Source: Bacteroidota bacterium (lineage in GTDB: Bacteria > Bacteroidota > Rhodothermia > Rhodothermales > UBA10348). From it: 64,000 bases of DNA. The translations under genes and the position numbers were made by a program. Location: assembly GCA_029262835.1 (NCBI GenBank), contig JAJCYQ010000011.1, positions 1,907-65,906 of the forward strand, written 5' to 3'. Below, piece by piece: positions 57,963 to 64,000 of this stretch. The notes beneath the pieces were generated by a model, which was given only the letters and a program-made list of their open reading frames with translations, was not told the origin of the DNA and made no database searches. The first letter of the stretch is position 1. The number at the start of each line of letters is the position of its first letter.

Positions 57963-58753
57963 TGGACTTCAAGGATTCGGGTGACGGTGGCGCTCTCAAG
58001 GCCCGTCCTGTCAACGGCCTTGAATTCAAAACTGTTCGGGCCCGCCGCGTTTTCGGCAGCCAGGGCGATCGTCAACGTAAAGCGACCATCTCCCGCCGTG
58101 TCATCCCCACTCGAGCCAAAACCCGCATTGCACGTACCCCTGTCTCCGTCATCGCAAAGCAGCAACGTCACACCGCCGTTCACAATGACTTCCACACGGG
58201 CAACATTGGCCAGGCCGTCGGGATCGGAGACAACCGCCACGAGAGGAATGGAAATGGGCGGCTGGCCCGGTGCCGGGCGCTGAACAGCGTCAGGCATGTC
58301 AATGGCGTCGATCTGAGGTGGTGCATTCGACCCTGTTACGTCGAGCCTTCCGACCAATTTGTTGCCAATGGCGCCACGGGTATCCGAAGCGGTCACGACG
58401 ACGGGAAACGAGCCGGCGGTACCAGCAGGAAGCGTGACCGTAACGGTCGCCTGTTGCTGGCCACTCGTGGCAGCCAGTATTTCCTGTCCAAGCGGCGCGC
58501 CACCCGATTCACTTGCCTGTACGGTCACGAAAACCTGCTCCAGGTCATTGTTGGCATCGTTCGCGACAAACGTCACCTGGACCTCAACCTGGCTTTCAAC
58601 GCCAGGCGTGGCTGCTACCACATCGGGGGAAACGACGAGGTTACTGACAACGGGAGGCTGCTGAAACACATCCTCCGTTCCCGGAGCACTGTCGCAGCCC
58701 GCCATGACGAGTACGCCAGCCAACAGGGCGCCACATATTCTTTCAGAGTACAT
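57959..58753 (-). CDS. lipoprotein with Ig-like/cadherin-like beta domains
   Basis: Lipobox VLVMAGC, then two similar beta-rich segments (PPVVSNLVVSPD..., PPQIDAIDMPD...SDPDGLANV). Confidence 0.65.
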   Translation of the reverse strand: MYSERICGALLAGVLVMAGCDSAPGTEDVFQQPPVVSNLVVSPDVVAATPGVESQVEVQVTFVANDANNDLEQVFVTVQASESGGAPLGQEILAATSGQQQATVTVTLPAGTAGSFPVVVTASDTRGAIGNKLVGRLDVTGSNAPPQIDAIDMPDAVQRPAPGQPPISIPLVAVVSDPDGLANVARVEVIVNGGVTLLLCDDGDRGTCNAGFGSSGDDTAGDGRFTLTIALAAENAAGPNSFEFKAVDRTGLESATVTRILEVQ

Positions 58754-59939
58754 ACAGGGGTCGGATGCTGAAGCAGAGCACGAATATGACCATGCCAGCG
58801 TATGCCATCCACCGGCGGGCGGGTGACAGAGGCTGCATGTAAAGCACGGGAGGATGATCCACCTTGATGAAAACGACGATCAGCAGACACCATATGAGCC
58901 AACCGCTGTAGGCGAACGTCGCGACGGCAAACGGGATCCGTGAAAGCAGGGCAATTATGAGTGTGACGACGAGCAGCATGGGCGCCACAAGGTTGGGATC
59001 CTCCCTGAAAATCCGCTGCAGGTACAGATACATCATGATGGCCAGCAGTACCCAGGGTGCTCCCGGGAGCCATGGAAACCACGCGTATGCCGCTTGTGAC
59101 GCTTCATCCACGAACCCAAGTCCACCTGAGAGAAGCAGAAAGAGTACAAAGCCACGGGCCAGGCGACCGTGCCACTTTGGTCCGGCCAGGGCATAGAGGA
59201 TGTGCCCTCCGTCGAGCTGGCCGACCGGCAGCAGATTGAGCGCCGTGAAAAACAGTCCAAGCCAACCGGCGAACAGGACCGGGTAATGGTACATTTCCCA
59301 CATGGGCGGGGCATGTTCTGCGAACGACGTTATAAGCCAGTAGAGCGGTGTCATGCCCACGACCAGCGTGAATCCCTCGCCGTCTGGCGATGCCCCGAGT
59401 ACGGTTGCGACATCGGTCGCAGCGGTCGGGTACGCCCCGTACCGCGAAATGAATTGTTTGAGAGCCTCGTGTCCCGGTACGCCCATCATGTACTCGGGAC
59501 CCGGCAGCGCCGAAACCCCCACAACCAGTATGCCTACGGCAACCACGAAGCCCGCGAGCGGACCCGCCGCTCCGATATCAAACAGCGTACGCATGTCCGG
59601 AATGGGCTGTCTTATCCTGATGACCGCGCCGAATGTACCTATGCCATTGAACGGAAACGGGATGTAGTACGGCAAACTGGTGCGTACGTGGTGGAAGCGG
59701 GCCGCGAAGTAATGCCCGAATTCATGCACGGTCAAAAAAAGCAGCAGCGATCCACCGTAGAGCAGACCATCCTGCAGCCATGGCCACGATATTCGCATGC
59801 CCATCAGGAAGAAGAGCGGAGCCGCCTCGCCGTAGACGAGTTCACGCCCCGCCATGGTGGCCCCGGCCAGGATGGTCGATGCAAGCGTCAGGACAAACAG
59901 GACCAGGTGCAGCAGGTAACGATCTTTGTAAGGTGGCAT
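58743..59939 (-). CDS. M50-family site-2 protease
   Basis: Multi-TM, zinc site HEFGHYFAA. A second conserved region contains NLLPVGQLDGGH. Confidence 0.88.
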   Translation of the reverse strand: MPPYKDRYLLHLVLFVLTLASTILAGATMAGRELVYGEAAPLFFLMGMRISWPWLQDGLLYGGSLLLFLTVHEFGHYFAARFHHVRTSLPYYIPFPFNGIGTFGAVIRIRQPIPDMRTLFDIGAAGPLAGFVVAVGILVVGVSALPGPEYMMGVPGHEALKQFISRYGAYPTAATDVATVLGASPDGEGFTLVVGMTPLYWLITSFAEHAPPMWEMYHYPVLFAGWLGLFFTALNLLPVGQLDGGHILYALAGPKWHGRLARGFVLFLLLSGGLGFVDEASQAAYAWFPWLPGAPWVLLAIMMYLYLQRIFREDPNLVAPMLLVVTLIIALLSRIPFAVATFAYSGWLIWCLLIVVFIKVDHPPVLYMQPLSPARRWMAYAGMVIFVLCFSIRPLYVL

Positions 59940-61153
59940 CAGGCGCGTTCCAATGCGTCAAAGGCACGTACCATACGCTCAACCGCCGTTTCGAGGTTCT
60001 CAAGCGACGCGGCGTAGGACAGCCTGATTCCCCTGTGTCCCCCGAATGCCATACCGGGTACCAGCGCCACATCGTGGCCATCGAGCAGATGAAAGCAGAG
60101 ATCTTCCGATGTGTCCAGCACCTCTCCCTGCGGCGTGCGGGAGCCCAGATAGGCTCCGACATCTGGAAACAGATAGAATGCGCCCTGTGGCTCCGGACAG
60201 ACCAGGCCGTCGATGGCCCGCAGTCCCGCAAGCGTAACGTCCCGCCGGTTCCGGAAAGCAGCTACCATTTCGTCGATGGGTCCTTTTGGCATGGCCAGGG
60301 CGGATACTCCTGCCCGCTGGGAAATGGAACACGGCCCGGACGTGTACTGTCCCTGGAGCTTCGACGCCGCCTGGACAATATCCGCGCGGGCCGCCATATA
60401 GCCGAGGCGCCACCCCGTCATGGCCCATGCCTTGGAAAACCCGTTCACCGTGATGGTTCGATCTTTCATGGACGCCCATGAGGCAATGGAAACGTGCTCC
60501 ACACCATACACCAGGTGTTCATAAATCTCATCCGATAGGATGTGGACGTGCTCGTGGCGCTCCAGTACCTCGACCAGGGCCGCCAGCTCACTCCGGGAAT
60601 AGACACTACCCGTCGGATTGCTCGGCGAGCACAGTATGACGAGGCGCGTCCTCTCCGTGATGGCGGCGTCCAACTGCCCAGGAGACATTTTCCAGTCCGA
60701 AGCCACATCCGTCGACACAACGACGGGCGTGCCACCGGAAAAGCGGACCATTTCCGGATACGACACCCAGTACGGCGCCGGGATCACGACCTCGTCTCCA
60801 GGCCGGCACAGCACCGCCACGGCCTGCATGACAGACTGTTTGGCCCCGTTCGAACAGATGATCTGTCCGGGATCATACGCCAACCCATTGTCCTCAAGTA
60901 GCTTACGGGCAACAGCCTCCCTCAGCTCGAGCGTACCTTTGTTGTCCGTATAGTGCGTGAACCCTTCCCGGATGGCCGCAATTGCGGCCTCCCGGATGGG
61001 GGCCGGCGTATCGAAGTCCGGCTCACCCGCGCTCAGACCAATTACAGGATGCCCTGCACGGCGGCGCTCAGCGGCTCGTGCGGTCATGGCGAGCGTAGCC
61101 GAAGGCTGCATGGCCTCCAGACGAGGATTGAAATGTGCAGTCTCTGTAGACAT
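59939..61153 (-). CDS. class I/II PLP aminotransferase, aspartate aminotransferase-like
   Basis: 404 aa. GEPDFDTP, YPSYPE-like (YWVSYPEM), SDEIYEHL, FSKAWAMTGWRLGY (PLP Lys), RLSYA. Confidence 0.88.
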   Translation of the reverse strand: MSTETAHFNPRLEAMQPSATLAMTARAAERRRAGHPVIGLSAGEPDFDTPAPIREAAIAAIREGFTHYTDNKGTLELREAVARKLLEDNGLAYDPGQIICSNGAKQSVMQAVAVLCRPGDEVVIPAPYWVSYPEMVRFSGGTPVVVSTDVASDWKMSPGQLDAAITERTRLVILCSPSNPTGSVYSRSELAALVEVLERHEHVHILSDEIYEHLVYGVEHVSIASWASMKDRTITVNGFSKAWAMTGWRLGYMAARADIVQAASKLQGQYTSGPCSISQRAGVSALAMPKGPIDEMVAAFRNRRDVTLAGLRAIDGLVCPEPQGAFYLFPDVGAYLGSRTPQGEVLDTSEDLCFHLLDGHDVALVPGMAFGGHRGIRLSYAASLENLETAVERMVRAFDALERA

Positions 61154-61647
61154 CAGGATGGGCCCGGTCCCTGGGCGGTTTTCAGGGCCCGTAGTACGGG
61201 CGGTGGCACAAAACTGGAAATATCACCACCCCAATGGTGGATTTCGCGAACAATGGATGAGGACACAAGGGCGTACTGTTCGCTCGTCATGAGAAACACG
61301 GTCTCAACATCTGGAGCCAGACGCCGGTTGGCAAACGCCATCCTGAATTCGTATTCGAAGTCGGATACCTGCCGCAGCCCCCTGACGAGCGCGCCTGCCC
61401 CTTGACGGACCGCGTACTCGGCCAGGAGCCCGGTGAAGCTGCAGACTGTCACATTGGCAAGATGTGCCGTGCATTCAGTAACCAGGCGACGCCGATCCTC
61501 GAGCGAAAGGAGCGTTTTCTTGCTGGTATTTTCGGCTACCGTTACTTCTACACGGTCGAACAGACGGCTGGCACGCTCCACAATGTCCAGGTGTCCCAGC
61601 GTGAAGGGGTCGAAAGACCCCGGATATAATGCCAGTTGTGCTCTCAT
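61153..61647 (-). CDS. coaD: pantetheine-phosphate adenylyltransferase
   Basis: ALYPGSFDPFTLGHLDIVERA, and ISSSIVRE-like (VSSSIVREI). Confidence 0.94.
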   Translation of the reverse strand: MRAQLALYPGSFDPFTLGHLDIVERASRLFDRVEVTVAENTSKKTLLSLEDRRRLVTECTAHLANVTVCSFTGLLAEYAVRQGAGALVRGLRQVSDFEYEFRMAFANRRLAPDVETVFLMTSEQYALVSSSIVREIHHWGGDISSFVPPPVLRALKTAQGPGPS

Positions 61648-62189
61648 GATTCGTTCCCATACATGAAAACGGACACATTGGTCCTGCCGTACGTGCGTGA
61701 CGTTTCACAATCGGGATGTCCGGACACTTCCATGTGCCGGTCGTGCTCCAGAACGAAGATTCCGCCTGGTGCCAATACGTGTCGCACCGCCTCCGGCAAC
61801 AACATAACTTCTTCCATCATGTAGGGAGGATCTGCCAGAACCAGATCATAAGAGGCATCTTCCGTGCGCCGAAGCACGTCGAAAGCATCCCCCATCTCGA
61901 ACGTACACGGCAGGCCGTCATCGAGCGCCTCGGCGTTGCCCTCTGCGGCGGCAACAGCCTGCGGATGCAGATCCACAAAATGAACATGACCGGCTCCCCT
62001 GCTCAATGCTTCCAGGCCCAACGAGCCCGATCCGCAGAACAGGTCAAGCACGCGCGCACCATCCAGATCAAGTCGGCTGAATATGAGGTTGAACATGGAC
62101 TCTCGCGCCCGATCCGTGGTAGGTCGGGTATTCTGGCCACTCGGTGCGTTGATGGTCCGTCTCCGATACGTTCCCGCAATAATGCGCAT
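61644..62189 (-). CDS. rsmD: 16S rRNA (guanine966-N2)-methyltransferase
   Basis: MRIIAGTYRRRTI, RPTTDRARESMFN, LDLFCGSGSLGLEALSRGA, ADPPY. Confidence 0.9.
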   Translation of the reverse strand: MRIIAGTYRRRTINAPSGQNTRPTTDRARESMFNLIFSRLDLDGARVLDLFCGSGSLGLEALSRGAGHVHFVDLHPQAVAAAEGNAEALDDGLPCTFEMGDAFDVLRRTEDASYDLVLADPPYMMEEVMLLPEAVRHVLAPGGIFVLEHDRHMEVSGHPDCETSRTYGRTNVSVFMYGNES

Positions 62190-62204
62190 AGTCTCCCGGC
62201 CAGA

Positions 62205-63104
62205 TCAGTAAACAGCCGCTCCCACGGTAGTGAGAAAGGCTTCGAATCCGAAATCAGCCTCCAGCCGTCCTTCTTCAAGGTTTACAACAGGACCGGGATT
62301 GGCCAATTCGACGCGACCGGACCAGACATCGTGCAGTGCCCCCACGAGGCTGTTATCCACGCTATCACCGTGAAGTAGAACCTTGTCCACACTGTTCACG
62401 TCCATACCAAGGCGGCGCACCGCATCGAGACTGAAGTACATCCGATCCGCTTCGTCACAGGCGTCGATCACCGTATCTGCGCGGCGAGTCGCATCTACAA
62501 TGACCTGGTATTCCGTGTAATGGTCATAGGCTCCTACCAGTAAAACACAGGTTGCCGCAGATGCCTCCACGAGGGGCCAGATGCCGTGATATACCGCCGT
62601 CGCAGAAGGAACGAAATCGAGCGGCGTGTCCCCGAATACACTGCACGCGTCGCGTACGCGATCCGTGATCTCTCCATCCACGTGATATACATGTACTGGT
62701 ACGGGCGCGCTGCTTCCCTGCGCGGTTCCCATCGTAGGGTAGAGGTCCCCACCGGTCTTACCGCCAGTCAACAGCGACGCCTCGAAGGCCAGCTGCAACT
62801 CCCGCTCCGGCTCTGACGCCTCCACGTTAACGGCTGTCCGGAAAGCCGTTGTACAGGCGGCCGGCACCACACACCTCACCGCATCCACGACGGTTGAAGA
62901 AAAAACGTCGGCTACAGCACTCCGGATGACGTCCAACTTCCGCGATGCGACCTCACCGAAGAGTTCACGTTCGGCATTGAACTCAAAGTCGCAACTGCCC
63001 AGCCGAACCAGCCCCCAATCAGCGTCCCGCCGCTCCACCTCCACGTAGCGCATGACGCCACGGGAGAAGGAAATACCAACTCGTGAGCGGGCGTCGTGAC
63101 TCAA
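62205..63104 (-). CDS. hypothetical protein (remote PilM/actin-ATPase-like fold suspected)
   Basis: 299 aa. N-terminal GISFSRGVMRYVEVER resembles the first strand-turn of PilM/FtsA-type proteins, but no phosphate-binding DxG motifs are evident. Confidence 0.5.
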   Translation of the reverse strand: MSHDARSRVGISFSRGVMRYVEVERRDADWGLVRLGSCDFEFNAERELFGEVASRKLDVIRSAVADVFSSTVVDAVRCVVPAACTTAFRTAVNVEASEPERELQLAFEASLLTGGKTGGDLYPTMGTAQGSSAPVPVHVYHVDGEITDRVRDACSVFGDTPLDFVPSATAVYHGIWPLVEASAATCVLLVGAYDHYTEYQVIVDATRRADTVIDACDEADRMYFSLDAVRRLGMDVNSVDKVLLHGDSVDNSLVGALHDVWSGRVELANPGPVVNLEEGRLEADFGFEAFLTTVGAAVY

Positions 63105-63108
63105 TCTG

Positions 63109-63570
63109 TTACTCCCAGTTCGCCGCGTTGAGCAGTGTTACATCACCTGTCGTGGTACCGATGGCATCATCCGAGTCGGGGTCCTTCAGGAGATATGTCG
63201 AAACGCGGGACGTATCGTTCAGTGTGTATTCGAACATTTTTCCGGTGCGCGGAGAGAAAATCAGCGAATCCACGCTGAGTTCCGGACCGAAAATACTGTC
63301 TGACTTGGCCTGCATGAACGAGTCTTCCTTGACCCACATCAGCAGGGAGTCGAGCGTGGAAAGGAAGCGGTCGTTCCGACGTTCGTAGGTCACGAGCGCC
63401 GACCGGACATCGCGCATGCGCTCACGGGTTACTTCCGTGAGTTCTTTCTGGCGTTCCACGCGGGCGTACGGCTCCGTGATGGATACGTAGAGGATGTACG
63501 CCAGTACGACGATGACAATGGCGAGAACGACCTGGAGAGCCGTCTGTATTCCTTGGCTACTGGAGGCCAT
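63109..63570 (-). CDS. membrane-anchored hypothetical protein
   Basis: 153 aa, a single N-terminal TM (ALQVVLAIVIVVLAYILYV), then a charged helix and a beta-rich C-terminus. First gene of the long minus-strand operon. Confidence 0.55.
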   Translation of the reverse strand: MASSSQGIQTALQVVLAIVIVVLAYILYVSITEPYARVERQKELTEVTRERMRDVRSALVTYERRNDRFLSTLDSLLMWVKEDSFMQAKSDSIFGPELSVDSLIFSPRTGKMFEYTLNDTSRVSTYLLKDPDSDDAIGTTTGDVTLLNAANWE

Positions 63571-63820
63571 AAGTGTAGGGTATCAGTAATTCGGTGGAGT
63601 ATGGAAAAACATACCGCGGGACGCGTATTGAAAAACCACCACGCTTCCGGGCACATCGGGATGAAAATACGGGCATGCATTGCTAAAAGCAACGAGCAAG
63701 AACAGGAACGTCGTCCCCACATTGGGCAAAACATTCCCGGTCGTTTGTTGTTCTACGTCAGCTTCGACACGCTTTGAAGGCATGACCCACAAAGACGGCT
63801 GCAGTTGCTCTGATGCTTCC

Positions 63821-64000
63821 ATGACCCGACTTCTTATAAACATAGACCACGTCGCCACGCTTCGCAATGCGCGTCGCGAGCAGCAGCCGGATCCTGCGCG
63901 CGCCGCACGCGAGTGCGAACTCGCTGGGGCCGACGGTATCGTCTTCCATCTCCGGGAGGACCGCCGTCATATCACTGATCGGGACGTGGATGCGCTCAAG
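63821..64000 (+). CDS. pdxJ: pyridoxine 5'-phosphate synthase (5' part, runs off the window)
   Basis: Hand translation from ATG 63821: [60 protein letters not shown], collinear with the E. coli PdxJ N-terminus. Not in the ORF track because there is no stop in the window. Confidence 0.92.
   Translation, partial: MTRLLINIDHVATLRNARREQQPDPARAARECELAGADGIVFHLREDRRHITDRDVDALK

Noticed and set aside
63571-63820. 250-bp AT-richer gap between the divergent membrane-protein gene and pdxJ, examined for a small RNA, tRNA or small ORF
   Set aside because: There is no cloverleaf, only a trivial 5-bp hairpin (TTGCTaaaAGCAA). The listed ORFs (63553-63777 plus strand, 63583-63867 minus strand) have implausible composition or overlap the pdxJ start. 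It is most simply a divergent promoter region.
1-64000. Search for CRISPR arrays, rRNA/tRNA genes, IS elements, integrases, and toxin-antitoxin or known phage-defence genes
   Set aside because: Intergenic space is too short for them, with the largest gaps ~340, ~250 and ~245 bp. No direct-repeat/spacer periodicity was seen, and no translated ORF shows transposase, integrase, nuclease-helicase or similar hallmarks. This was an inspection by eye only, not a computational scan.

Overview
GC-rich (by eye about 60%, not computed) bacterial chromosome segment, almost fully coding and densely packed. I count about 61 protein genes. I found no rRNA, tRNA, CRISPR array, transposase, integrase or obvious prophage or defence island. 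Gene content points to the FCB group, probably a Rhodothermota-like (high-GC Bacteroidota-relative) organism: two PorV/PorQ-type T9SS barrels, a cargo protein with a T9SS/FlgD-Ig-type C-terminal sorting domain, a CarboxypepD_reg-type TonB receptor paired with DUF4249, and sigma-54 plus FliA regulators. Most genes are housekeeping: aroF, pgm, ppgK, deoC, lysA, rplU-rpmA, dapF, panDC, fumC, ppk1, dnaG, gyrA, lat, lipA, coaD, rsmD, pdxJ. Five things deserve a second look. (1) A seven-gene translationally coupled chain (13923-20664) runs OlsB/OlsA-like aminolipid synthases, a DinB-like protein, an 889-aa alpha/beta-hydrolase + DedA + ATP-grasp fusion, an orphan MlaE permease and lysA. I read it as a candidate uncharacterised aminolipid modification and export module. 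(2) A sigma-54 regulatory cascade has two near-consensus -24/-12 promoters. One lies in front of a TPR/HDOD/histidine-kinase/NtrC-type operon, the other in front of a small membrane protein plus FliA. (3) A ~265-bp imperfect palindrome with 17-bp perfect termini sits between convergent genes (50710-50974). (4) A ten-gene minus-strand operon ends in an Asp-box propeller cargo protein plus two PorV/PorQ paralogues, resembling PorZ/PorQ. (5) Gene overlaps are pervasive, including six convergent 3'-end overlaps of 23-71 nt. All functional calls come from reading the supplied translations for family motifs. No database search was run.
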